From NCBI GenBank assembly GCA_026991575.1, contig JALXBF010000191.1, positions 62,001 through 94,029 of the forward strand: 32,029 bases of DNA, read 5' to 3'. The stretch comes from Planctomycetota bacterium. GTDB lineage: Bacteria > Planctomycetota > Planctomycetia > JALXBF01. The position numbers and the translations under genes are program-made. Below are positions 19,792-30,189 of the stretch, in pieces; position 1 is the first letter of the stretch; each line of letters opens with the position of its first letter. The notes beneath the pieces were generated by a model. That model had not been told where the DNA came from, searched no databases, and was given only the letters and a program-made list of their open reading frames with translations.

Positions 19792-21132
19792 ATGCTCACC
19801 GGCTGGGACCTGCTCTATGCAACCGCCCTGCCGGTCGCCCTACCGACCATGGTGCTTGGCCGGTTGCGGCGCCGTCGGCCGTACCGTCAGCTGCTCGGTC
19901 GGTTGCGCGGCACGACCCCCTGGTCGGCCGTTCCCCCGATTGCAACGGGCCGACCACGGGTCTGGTTCCACGGGGTCAGCATGGGGGAGGTCGTGGCCCT
20001 GTCGCGTGTGATCGAGGCGTTCCGCGGTGCGGGTAACTACCAGCTCTGCCTTTCGACCACGACGGAGACCGGTTTCAGCACGGCCGCTGCGCGACTGCCT
20101 GACGTGCCCCGCTTCTACTTTCCGCTCGATTTCAGTTGGGCCGTGCGACGGGCGCTTGACATCGTCGAGCCCGACCTGGTTATCTTGGCGGAATCGGAGC
20201 TGTGGCCGAACCTGCTGACGTGCTGTCGTCGCCGGCGCATCCCGGTGGCACTCATCAACGCGCGCATGAGCGATCGTAGTTTTCGTCGGTACCGTCTGGT
20301 CAAGCCGGTGGCACGACGTCTTCTGAACAGCCTGACGCTGATCGCGGCGCAGACGGAGGAGTTCGCCGTGCGGTTCCGCTTGCTCGGTGCGGACCCGTCG
20401 CTCGTTGTCGTTACCGGTTCGATCAAATACGACGGTCTGGAGACTGACAGGAACAATCCCAGGACGCAGCTGCTCCGGCGGCTCTTCGCGCTGCGTGCCG
20501 ATGAGCTCGTCTGGGTAGCCGGTAGCACCAGTGCTCCGGAAGAGGCCATGGTGCTGACGGTGTACCAGGAGCTCCGTGCCGCAGGCTACTGGCTGCGCTT
20601 GATCCTGGTGCCGCGGCACCCGGAACGGTTCGATGAGGTGGTCCACATGGTCGAGCAGCGGGGGTTGCCATGCGTGCGACGGTCAGAGCTGTCGCTGCCT
20701 GCTGCCATCTGCCCCCGCGCGGATGCCGTCATCGTTGTGGACACGCTCGGAGAACTGGCCCACGTGTGGGGGCTGGCCGACGTGGGCTTCGTCGGGGGGA
20801 GCTTTGCGCCCCGAGGGGGCCAGAGTATGCTCGAGCCTGCCGCGTACGGTGTACCGACGTTCTTCGGACCGTGCGTGTGGAACTACCGCGATGCCGCCCG
20901 CGCGCTGGTGGAGATGGGGGCGGCTCGCCAGGTGCATTCCGTGGCAGAGATGCACCAGCTGATGCGGACGCTGCTGGCCGACGCCCAGCTCCGCAGCGAA
21001 ATGGGAGCCCGCGCGTGTCGCTACATTGCCACGCACACTGGTGCCGTCCAGCGCACCGTGCAGAGGCTCATCGAGCTGCTGGCAAGCCGGCGGGGTAGCG
21101 CGCACGATCTGCCCCGATCTCAAGCGGCCTGA
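19792..21132 (+). CDS. waaA: 3-deoxy-D-manno-octulosonic acid (Kdo) transferase
   Basis: VWFHGVSMGEV, STTTETG, YFPLDF, ESELWPN, INARMSDRS, TGSIKYD, VPRHPERF, DTLGEL, FVGGSF, GGQSMLEPA. Confidence 0.94.
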   Translation: MLTGWDLLYATALPVALPTMVLGRLRRRRPYRQLLGRLRGTTPWSAVPPIATGRPRVWFHGVSMGEVVALSRVIEAFRGAGNYQLCLSTTTETGFSTAAARLPDVPRFYFPLDFSWAVRRALDIVEPDLVILAESELWPNLLTCCRRRRIPVALINARMSDRSFRRYRLVKPVARRLLNSLTLIAAQTEEFAVRFRLLGADPSLVVVTGSIKYDGLETDRNNPRTQLLRRLFALRADELVWVAGSTSAPEEAMVLTVYQELRAAGYWLRLILVPRHPERFDEVVHMVEQRGLPCVRRSELSLPAAICPRADAVIVVDTLGELAHVWGLADVGFVGGSFAPRGGQSMLEPAAYGVPTFFGPCVWNYRDAARALVEMGAARQVHSVAEMHQLMRTLLADAQLRSEMGARACRYIATHTGAVQRTVQRLIELLASRRGSAHDLPRSQAA

Positions 21133-21214
21133 TCCGCCTGGCGACCGAAGGCGCCCGGACCGCGGGCGCGCGCTTGCCGCCGAAGGTGCCACCCGCCAAG
21201 GGGGCGTGCGTACT

Positions 21215-22621
21215 TCAGTCCTGAATGCCCAGTGCCTCAAGTCGCCGCAGCAGTGCAGCGCGACTGAGCCCAAGCGCTCTGGCCGCCGCTGCCCGGTTGC
21301 CTCGGTACACCGCCAGCGCAAACCGCAGGATCCGTTCCTCGGCAGCGCGAAGCAGCTCTGCCAGATCTACAGTGAACTCCTCAATCGGTGGCGGTGGATA
21401 CGGCGAGCCGAGTGCGCCCTTGATCGCAGCAGGTAGGTCGTCGGCCGTCAGATGGGTACGGTCGGCGGCTTTGCGGCAAGCGAGCTCGATGACCTCGGCA
21501 AGCTGGCGGACATTGCCCGGCCAGTCGTAGCGAAGCAACAGCTCACAGGCACTGTCGTCCAGGGCTTCAGTCCGGCCACCGTGACTCGATCGATATCGTT
21601 CGAGGAAGTGTACCGCGAGCGGAACGATGTCCTCTGACCGCTCCGTCAGCGGGGGAACCTGGAGGCAGAACGTGCCGAGCCATTCGGCAAGCTCTTCACC
21701 CAGTGCCTTGGCCAACTCGCCCATAGACAGCCGGCTGGTGACCACCAGCGCAGGTCGCGTTGCCGGTGCTGTGCCCTCGTACGCTTCTCGCAAACGCGCC
21801 ACGACCGCGCCGGCCAGGTGTTCGACATGCTCCAGCACCAGGACGCCCGCCTGCGCTTGCTGGAAGTAGGAGAGGGCTGGAGTCTGGACCGAGTCGCTCG
21901 GGGCGTCGTTGTCTTCGGTTGCGTCCGTTCCCAACAGCTCGTCGGCTGCTTCTTCCGGCGTGCGATCGCGGCAGTCGTAGAAGACGAGCGGGCCGGAGGG
22001 GGAGGAGAGCTGGTAATAGATCGTTGCAAGGTGGGATTTGCCGGTGCCGGGGGGGCCGCAGAGCAGGATCGGCTCGCGCGCATGGCTGCTGGCCAGAACC
22101 TGTAGCTGCTTCAGAATCCGGACGGACCGCGGCGCGACAGCCACGTAGTGGGCCACACCGTACTGGCTGAGCAGCTCGGCGCGCAGTCGCGCCAGCAGTT
22201 CGACGAAATCTTCTCGGGTCGCCGAAGGCGTTCTTGCAGAAGGGGTCTGTCGGGGCAGGCCGACGGCAAGCGTCACAACCGGTTCCCCGCCCGGCGCAGG
22301 GCACGGCACGAACAGTACTACGTCCGGCGCAGCGGTGGACGGGCTGCCAGCCGGTGGCACCGGCCAGGGACGCTCCGCGGCAGTGCCCAATTCGTAGAGC
22401 TGCTCGGGAGGGCCCAGGCCGGCCAGGACTCCAGCCTGTACGTCATGGCTCAACATCGTTCCCGGACGGCAGGTTGTGCCTAGCGCGGTGGCCGGATCCA
22501 GGCCGGTTGCGCGCCAGAACGCTTCGTTGGCATAGATCAGTTGGTTTCGGCCGTTGAGCAGAAAAAGCGGCGTGACGATCTGGTCAAGCACGGCCGTCAG
22601 GTCAATGAGAGCTTCAGACAC
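21215..22621 (-). CDS. PAS + degenerate sigma54-activator-like AAA+ + Fis-type HTH regulator
   Basis: N-terminal PAS-like segment (LFLLNGRNQLIYANEAF), Walker A GPPGTGKS, VPPLTERSEDI, YDWPGNVRQL, HTH GNRAAAARALGLSR. No GAFTGA. Start placed at GTG 22621 (GGAG upstream), just after the stop of the upstream gene. Confidence 0.85.
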   Translation of the reverse strand: MSEALIDLTAVLDQIVTPLFLLNGRNQLIYANEAFWRATGLDPATALGTTCRPGTMLSHDVQAGVLAGLGPPEQLYELGTAAERPWPVPPAGSPSTAAPDVVLFVPCPAPGGEPVVTLAVGLPRQTPSARTPSATREDFVELLARLRAELLSQYGVAHYVAVAPRSVRILKQLQVLASSHAREPILLCGPPGTGKSHLATIYYQLSSPSGPLVFYDCRDRTPEEAADELLGTDATEDNDAPSDSVQTPALSYFQQAQAGVLVLEHVEHLAGAVVARLREAYEGTAPATRPALVVTSRLSMGELAKALGEELAEWLGTFCLQVPPLTERSEDIVPLAVHFLERYRSSHGGRTEALDDSACELLLRYDWPGNVRQLAEVIELACRKAADRTHLTADDLPAAIKGALGSPYPPPPIEEFTVDLAELLRAAEERILRFALAVYRGNRAAAARALGLSRAALLRRLEALGIQD

Positions 22622-22644
22622 GGACGTTGCTCCGGCGTGCCGGG

Positions 22645-23088
22645 CTAGCCGAGTTTCCGTAGCGCTTGACGGTAGCCCTCCAGATCGAAGGGCCGTTGGT
22701 TCTGGAGACAGTCCCACAGGAACCTGCTCATGACCCGTCCCACGCGGTGTACGGCCTCGTGCCGGTCAAGGCCACTACGGACAAGCCGATCGATCGTCTC
22801 AACGACCTCAGGGGGGGCCGCGTTGCGATACTGCGTTTCGATCACCGCGTGCATGGAAACGTGCGCGACCGGGGAGACACCGTCAATGGTCAGGTCTTTA
22901 CCTGCGACGTACTCGAGACTATCCCAGAGTGCGTGCCACTCTTCGTGCTCGAGCATCGCCCGGTAAAGGAGCTCATCGTCGGGTGGCAACTCCTCGCCCG
23001 CCCGACCGGCCTTCCAGATCTTGGCCAGCGTCGCGTGGCTGGAGGCTCTGAGCAGTTGCCAGTATTCCTTGTCCTGTGGCGCCGGCAT
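22645..23088 (-). CDS. DUF1841 family protein
   Basis: W...G..L...E......LEH.E.H, SPVAHVSMHAVIETQ, DRHEAVH, LWD...PFD...Y...L pattern recalled for DUF1841. Start at ATG 23088. Confidence 0.75.
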   Translation of the reverse strand: MPAPQDKEYWQLLRASSHATLAKIWKAGRAGEELPPDDELLYRAMLEHEEWHALWDSLEYVAGKDLTIDGVSPVAHVSMHAVIETQYRNAAPPEVVETIDRLVRSGLDRHEAVHRVGRVMSRFLWDCLQNQRPFDLEGYRQALRKLG

Positions 23089-23155
23089 CGAGTTGGTCGG
23101 CTTCAGCGTCCGCGAGTGACTTCTTGGCTTGGTTGATTGTATTCGGGCATAAGAA

Positions 23156-23180
23156 GAGCCGGGCAAGAGCTGCCCGGCTC
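23156..23180 (-). terminator. Rho-independent terminator after groEL
   Basis: Perfect 10-bp stem GAGCCGGGCA/TGCCCGGCTC with a 5-nt loop, followed on the minus strand by TTCTTAT, 36 nt after the groEL stop. Confidence 0.75.
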
Positions 23181-23216
23181 GTGCGGTCAGGTTTTGGCTG
23201 TCGACTTGATTTCCGC

Positions 23217-24863
<1,647 letters not shown>

Positions 24864-24945
24864 TCAGGGTTGCTGGTAGAGCCTGGTGTTGTCCGGTTTG
24901 CCAGGATTCTCACTCGCCTGCAGCGATCGCACCAAGCCCGTACGC

Positions 24946-25236
24946 TCACGACTCGATCACCGCCAGGATGTCCTCCTCACGCATCAGCAGCACTTCTTTG
25001 TCGTCGATCTTGAACTCGTCGCCGGCGTACGGGCTGAACAGAACCTCGTCGCCAACCTTCACCTGCAGTGGCACGAGCTGGCCGTTCTTCAGCCGTCGGC
25101 CCTGGCCCACGGCCGTCACCCGGCCACGCTTCGGCTTCTCCTTCGCCGTGTCCGGCAGCACGATGCCGCCCGGCGTCTTCTCTTCCGCTTCGATACGCTC
25201 AACGACTACGTGGTCACCCAACGGTTCCAGCTTCAT
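24946..25236 (-). CDS. groS: Co-chaperonin GroES
   Basis: [65 protein letters not shown]. Confidence 0.98.
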   Translation of the reverse strand: MKLEPLGDHVVVERIEAEEKTPGGIVLPDTAKEKPKRGRVTAVGQGRRLKNGQLVPLQVKVGDEVLFSPYAGDEFKIDDKEVLLMREEDILAVIES

Positions 25237-25303
25237 TGCCGCAACACCTCCCTCCAGCACGCACCGAGTCACCAGGGTAGACCGCGTCCGCGATGGGGCT
25301 TTT

Positions 25304-25319
25304 TGCAACATGCATGCCG
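25304..25319 (-). promoter_or_regulatory. Putative sigma54 (-24/-12) promoter of groES-groEL
   Basis: Minus strand reads CGGCATGCATGTTGCA: exact GG-N10-GC spacing, close to the consensus TGGCACG-N4-TTGCW, about 70 nt upstream of the groES ATG. Confidence 0.72.
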
Positions 25320-25394
25320 TAGGTGCCTGTACCGTAACTGCTGCCTGTTCTTTCCCTTGCGCCACGACTGGCGGTCCGGCACCAGCCTCGGCGG

Positions 25395-25449
25395 TGCCAA
25401 ACTGGCGCTGCCCGCCGGGACAGGCCGCTTGGTCGCTGCCGAAGTGGCA
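25395..25449. promoter_or_regulatory. Two palindromic TGCC-N5-GGC(A/G) sites, candidate upstream activator sequences
   Basis: TGCCAAACTGGCG (25395-25407) and TGCCGAAGTGGCA (25437-25449), 42 bp apart, about 100-155 bp upstream of the predicted start site. Confidence 0.5.
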
Positions 25450-25694
25450 GCCGCGCGCGGCAGCGTCTGGTGCACGGAGCCGCCCTGCGGGCGTGGCGGC
25501 GCGGGACGAAGCGGGATGAGATCCAAGCGGTTTCTGGGAACAGGGTTGCTGCCAGTCTCCCCGCCGGTTCCTCGGCGCTTGCGGCAGACGCTTGTTGGCC
25601 AAGCGATAGAAAGCCTTCAGTAGAATGCAGCGGCGGTACGAATGTTAGCGATGAGGGCGGTTCTGGCAGGCACTGCAGCGGAGCAGACGCTTCG

Positions 25695-26801
25695 ATGGAG
25701 AACGGTCCGGCGTCCCACGAGCAAGCCAACACGTCAACGCCGCTAGACGACGAAGAGCTCGAGCGGCTGGCGCGCGAGTTGGCGGGAGCCTACGAGCGGG
25801 CCGGAGAGCCCACGCCCGAGGAGCTGGCCGAGGCGCTGGAACTTCTCAGTGAGCCGAACCCATGCTCAGAAGCGTCCTGCGGCCAGGACGACTGCGAGCA
25901 ATCCGGCCTGGGGCCGGTCGAACTCGACCGCCTGGTCGATGCCCTGGCGGCTGCGCAAGCCGAGGAGCCGGGCTCGGTCGTGGAAGGGACGGCGCGCGAA
26001 ACGGCCGAGGCCACGGAACCGGCATCGGCGTCCGGGAGTTCGGAGCCTGCCGCCCCGCAAGCTGTTGAGGATGCGGTTGGCGAGGAGGCGACGCTCGAGC
26101 ACGAGGTGGGCGAGCCCGAGCTGGCGGAGGATGCTGTCGAAGACGACGAGGCCGGCGGAATTCTCGAGAGCGAACCAGAGCCCGACTTTACCCCGGATCT
26201 TGTGCAGGTCGTGGAAGGGCTGCTCTTCGTCGGTGGCGCGCCGCTTGACCCTGCGGCGGTCGCTCGGACGTTAGGTGGAGTGGATCAACTGCAGGTGGAG
26301 CGCGCCGTCGAGCTACTGAAGCGACGCTATCAACAGCAGGGACGCCCTTATCGGGTCGCTCGAGGTGCTCGCGGCTACCGGCTCGTCCTCGAGCGTTCTT
26401 TCACGCGATACGCCAGGCTCGGCCCACCACGCCGCCGCCCGGTTCGGCTGTCCCAGGCTGCGATCGATGTTCTGGCGATCATCGCGTACAAGCAGCCGGT
26501 GGGGTTGCGCGAGATCGACGCCATGCGAGGCCTGAGTTCGGCCGGTGTTGTCCGCCAGCTCATTCGCCAGGGGCTGGTGCGACCGGTTGCCGGCAGCGAA
26601 GGACAGCGGCGCGTGCTCTATGAAACGACACCGGCGTTCCTACGTGTTTTCCGACTGACGTCCCTGGCTGATCTGCCCAGAATCGACCCGGCCGAAGCTA
26701 CCGAGCTTCCGCCGCCGCCTCATCGGCGGCGATCGCTAGAGCGACCCACCGGCGCGAAGGCCGAGCCGACGGTCTCCGTCAGGGACGGCCGCAGCGGCTG
26801 A
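25695..26801 (+). CDS. scpB: SMC-Scp complex subunit ScpB with long acidic N-terminal extension
   Basis: VEGLLFVGGAPL, GYRL, RLSQAAIDVLAIIAYKQPV...EIDAMRG, LYETTPAFLRVFRLTSLADLP. Start uncertain (ATG 25695 chosen). Confidence 0.88.
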   Translation: MENGPASHEQANTSTPLDDEELERLARELAGAYERAGEPTPEELAEALELLSEPNPCSEASCGQDDCEQSGLGPVELDRLVDALAAAQAEEPGSVVEGTARETAEATEPASASGSSEPAAPQAVEDAVGEEATLEHEVGEPELAEDAVEDDEAGGILESEPEPDFTPDLVQVVEGLLFVGGAPLDPAAVARTLGGVDQLQVERAVELLKRRYQQQGRPYRVARGARGYRLVLERSFTRYARLGPPRRRPVRLSQAAIDVLAIIAYKQPVGLREIDAMRGLSSAGVVRQLIRQGLVRPVAGSEGQRRVLYETTPAFLRVFRLTSLADLPRIDPAEATELPPPPHRRRSLERPTGAKAEPTVSVRDGRSG

Positions 26802-27517
26802 CCAAGCGCAAGCCAGGTGGCTGAACCGTAGTGACGGGCCAGCTGCTCCACCTGCTCTTCGTCTACTTCGATCGGGCAGGGGGCGGGGCAGAACGTTTCC
26901 GCCAGGGCGTTGGCCACCCGTTCCGGGTCGAGCGACAGGTTTGTCAGGAAGGACAGGTGGTCGCGTCCCTGTCTGTAGGGGGGTTCGAAGCGGGGTTGCG
27001 GCAGGTAGCGCGGCACCAGCTCAAGCGGAGCCTCGCACAGGATACTGGCGTGGAACAGGAAGGCGTTGTGGGCCGTGCGCGCGGCACTGCCCACCACCTT
27101 GCGATCGCCCAGGGCCAGATCACCCGGGTACCGATATTGGACCTCTCGCCCCAGGCGCCTGAGCACTTCGGTGATGCCTTTCAGCACACGCCGGCACGTC
27201 TCGCGCCACTCCAGCGCGCCAAGATTGCGGGCCCCGAAGACTAGCCCGATGCACAGCACCCCTGGAGCCACCAACACCGGCGTGCCTCCGGTCAACCGGC
27301 GAAGCACCGAGACGCCGTCCTGGTGGGCCGCTTGCAGGTGCAATTCTCGGCGGAGACGTGAGTGGCGTCCGAGCACGATCGCGGGCGAGACAGGTTCCCA
27401 TAGCGCGGCGTGCACCAGCAGCGGTTGCTCCGGACAGGCCGTTCCAACCCTGTCCAGGAGGATCATCTCGTAGGCGAATTCGTACAGGATGTCCTGGATG
27501 TTCTTTAGCCGCAGCAT
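26720..27517 (-). CDS. Lipoate-protein ligase A / BPL-LPL catalytic domain protein
   Basis: LWE...PAIVLGR, VLRRLTGG, GDLALGDRKVVGSA, LFHASIL, P.YRQGRDH..F.TNL. Start ATG 27517 is uncertain. Confidence 0.78.
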   Translation of the reverse strand: MLRLKNIQDILYEFAYEMILLDRVGTACPEQPLLVHAALWEPVSPAIVLGRHSRLRRELHLQAAHQDGVSVLRRLTGGTPVLVAPGVLCIGLVFGARNLGALEWRETCRRVLKGITEVLRRLGREVQYRYPGDLALGDRKVVGSAARTAHNAFLFHASILCEAPLELVPRYLPQPRFEPPYRQGRDHLSFLTNLSLDPERVANALAETFCPAPCPIEVDEEQVEQLARHYGSATWLALGQPLRPSLTETVGSAFAPVGRSSDRRR

Positions 27518-27724
27518 AGCGTTCCTGACGCTGTCTGCACCGTGTGCCGTGTGCCGGGCGGCGCGGTGCGCGACCTCCGAGGCGTACAACAGATCATACG
27601 TTCTCACTGGCCCCGGCTCAAAACGCCCTAGAATGCCCTGTCGGTATTGGCCAATCGGGCGGGATCGGTTAGTATCGCGGTCGGTCGAATCCGTCTCCCG
27701 ACCGGTGCTGTAGGGAGGTGCTCG

Positions 27725-28477
27725 GTGAACTGCGTCATCCTGTGTGCGGGCTACGGAACGCGGTTGGGTGAGCTGACCAAGGACTGTCCCAAGCCGCTGT
27801 TGCCGATTGCTGATCGCCCGATGGTGGAGTACATCCTGGAGAAACTCCAGGAGGCGGGGGTACGCTCCGGCGTGTTGGTGTCCAATCACCGCTTCTACCA
27901 GCACTTCGTTCGGTGGGCATCGGGCGGCGTTGGGCAGATGGAGCTGCAGATCATCGACGATGGCACGACCACAAACGAGAACCGACTGGGCGCGATCGGC
28001 GATCTGGACCTGGCGCTGCGGGCAGCGGACATCCGTGAGGATTTCGTTGTCGTCAATGGCGACAATCTGTTCACGTTCAGCCTGCAGCCGATTCTGGATT
28101 TCTATCGCACGAAAGGCAATACGATCGTGCTTTATGACGTCGGTAGCAAGGACGTGGCCCGACAGATGGGCATCGCTCGTTGTGATGACCAGGGCCGGGT
28201 GGTGGATTTTGTGGAGAAGCCTGCCGATCCGCCGTCGACGTGCGTTTCAATTGGTATCTACCTGTACAGGCCAGAAGTTCGCGACCTGGTCCGGCGGTAC
28301 CTGGAGCAGGGCAACTCGCCGGACCGTACTGGCGATTTCGTGGCCTGGCTCCACAAGCAGGCGCCCGTTTACGGGTACACGGTTTCGAACGAGGAGGGTA
28401 TCTGGTACGACATCGGGACGCCGGATCAGTACCGTGAGGCCGATGAGCTGATGCGGCGTTTGCTGGGGCGGGCGTAA
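27725..28477 (+). CDS. Sugar-phosphate nucleotidyltransferase family protein
   Basis: ILCAGYGTRL, PKPLLPI, VNGDNL, FVEKP, WYDIGTP. AGGGAGGT RBS before GTG 27725. Confidence 0.92.
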   Translation: MNCVILCAGYGTRLGELTKDCPKPLLPIADRPMVEYILEKLQEAGVRSGVLVSNHRFYQHFVRWASGGVGQMELQIIDDGTTTNENRLGAIGDLDLALRAADIREDFVVVNGDNLFTFSLQPILDFYRTKGNTIVLYDVGSKDVARQMGIARCDDQGRVVDFVEKPADPPSTCVSIGIYLYRPEVRDLVRRYLEQGNSPDRTGDFVAWLHKQAPVYGYTVSNEEGIWYDIGTPDQYREADELMRRLLGRA

Positions 28478-28489
28478 CGGAGAGATACG

Positions 28490-29581
28490 ATGGGCTCGCC
28501 GTTGTACGCGGTAGTCATGGCCGGCGGTAGCGGGACGCGTTTCTGGCCGCTGTCGCGCCGTATGCGCCCGAAGCACCTGCTGAAGCTGACCGGGCCGTTG
28601 TCGCTGCTTCAGGAGACGGTGGCGCGGGTGAGCGTGCTCGGCGGCGTGGATCGCCTGCTGGTGGTCACCCGCCGCGATCAGCTTGCTGAGTGCCGTCGTC
28701 AGTTGCCGGACCTGCCTGCGAAGGCATGGGTGGCTGAGCCGGAACCGCGTGACACAGGGCCTTGCGTCGCGGTGGCTGCTGCGCTGCTACGACGACGCGA
28801 TCCAGATGCGGTGCTGCTGGTGGTGCCGGCGGATCATGCGATCCGACCGGACGAAGCGTTCCAGAAGGCGGTCGCGGCAGCGGTGCAGCTGGTCGAGAGC
28901 CGAAGCGACCGCCTGGTGACCTTCGGCATTCGACCGACACGTGCCGCAACGGGCTACGGCTACATCAAGCGTGGCTCGCAACGCATGGACGCAGCCGGCG
29001 TGGCGGCTTACCCGGTGGAAGCGTTCAAAGAGAAGCCGGACGCAGCCACGGCCGAGCGGTACCTGGCGTCCGGACAGTACTACTGGAACAGCGGTATCTT
29101 CGTGTGGCGTGCCGCCACGGTGCTGGAGCTGCTGGCTCGGCACGAGCCGGCGATGGTGGAGGCGGCCGAAGCGGTGGCCGAGGCTGTCGACAGACCCGAA
29201 TTCGAGCGGGTCTTTGAAGAAGCCTACCGCGGGATGAAACGGATCTCGATCGATTACGCGCTGCTGGAGCGTGAGGCGGCGCACGTGGTGGTCATCGAAG
29301 CGCCGTTCGAGTGGGACGACGTGGGTAGCTGGGAAGCATTGCGGCGGTTGCGCGGTTCGGACGAAGCAGGCAACACGGTGGTTGGCCGGCACACCGGGAT
29401 CGGCACAACCGGCTGCACCATCTATAGTGACGGAGACGCGGTCGTGGCGACGGTTGGCGTTTCGGACCTGATTGTGGTCCACTGTGGCAACGCAACGCTG
29501 GTGTGCCGGCGGGCGGATGAGGAAAAAGTGAAAGAGCTTGTGCACCAGATCGCGGAGCACGGCTGGAACGACGTGCTCTGA
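28490..29581 (+). CDS. manC: Mannose-1-phosphate guanylyltransferase (monofunctional, no cupin domain)
   Basis: MAGGSGTRFWPLSR..RPKH, EP..RDT, PADH, TGYGYI, FKEKPD, WNSGIF, SIDYALLE, WDDVGSW. Confidence 0.93.
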   Translation: MGSPLYAVVMAGGSGTRFWPLSRRMRPKHLLKLTGPLSLLQETVARVSVLGGVDRLLVVTRRDQLAECRRQLPDLPAKAWVAEPEPRDTGPCVAVAAALLRRRDPDAVLLVVPADHAIRPDEAFQKAVAAAVQLVESRSDRLVTFGIRPTRAATGYGYIKRGSQRMDAAGVAAYPVEAFKEKPDAATAERYLASGQYYWNSGIFVWRAATVLELLARHEPAMVEAAEAVAEAVDRPEFERVFEEAYRGMKRISIDYALLEREAAHVVVIEAPFEWDDVGSWEALRRLRGSDEAGNTVVGRHTGIGTTGCTIYSDGDAVVATVGVSDLIVVHCGNATLVCRRADEEKVKELVHQIAEHGWNDVL

Positions 29582-29633
29582 CTGGGTCCCGAAGCGACAG
29601 TGAACGGACACGCAAGGAGGTTTAGCAAGGACC

Positions 29634-30143
29634 ATGCGTATTCTCGGTATCGATTACGGTTCAAAGCGACTCGGGCTCGCCATCAGTGACCCGTCTGGTA
29701 CGGTGGCCAGTCCGCTGGGCGTGCGTCACCGGATCTCCGGGACGCAGGACGCTGAGTTTCTGCGCGAGCTGGTTAAGGGCCATCAGGTTGCGCGGATCGT
29801 CATCGGCTTGCCGCGGCACACGAAGGACGGTAGTGAGACGGCCAAACAGCAGGAAGTGTACCGCTTTGGCGCTTGGCTGGCCGCAGAACTGGGTTTGCAG
29901 GTAGACTACTGGGATGAGCGGTTCACGACGGCCCAGGCGGAGACGTACCTGCGCGCCGCAGGCGTTGCGCGGCGGGGCCGCAAGAAGCGGCGCGACATGG
30001 TGGCCGCTCAGATCATGTTGCAGAGCTATCTGGACGCGCAACGCACCCAGAGCAAGCGGCGGGAGCCGGCCGAAGCAACGCACAGCGACCGGAAACGTGC
30101 CAAGGTGACCCGGCGCCGCACAGCCATCAAAGACGTCACCTGA
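29634..30143 (+). CDS. ruvX: YqgF/RuvX family RNase H-fold nuclease (pre-16S rRNA processing)
   Basis: [44 protein letters not shown]. Confidence 0.93.
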   Translation: MRILGIDYGSKRLGLAISDPSGTVASPLGVRHRISGTQDAEFLRELVKGHQVARIVIGLPRHTKDGSETAKQQEVYRFGAWLAAELGLQVDYWDERFTTAQAETYLRAAGVARRGRKKRRDMVAAQIMLQSYLDAQRTQSKRREPAEATHSDRKRAKVTRRRTAIKDVT

Positions 30144-30189
30144 CGGGCCGGATGGCAACCGGACGGAAACGATCTGGCCGAGCAACTCG

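Noticed and set aside
25376..25400. GGCACC...GGTGCC inverted repeat upstream of groES as a CIRCE element
   Set aside because: It lacks the CTC/GAG core, and the GCAC-GTGC spacing is 11 nt rather than the 13 nt of CIRCE.
25237..25602. N-terminal extensions in the ORF track for GroES (also DUF1841, YraN, TrmD, DUF4432, nucleotidyltransferase)
   Set aside because: These come from longest-ORF start calling. Downstream starts match family N-termini and mostly have RBSs.
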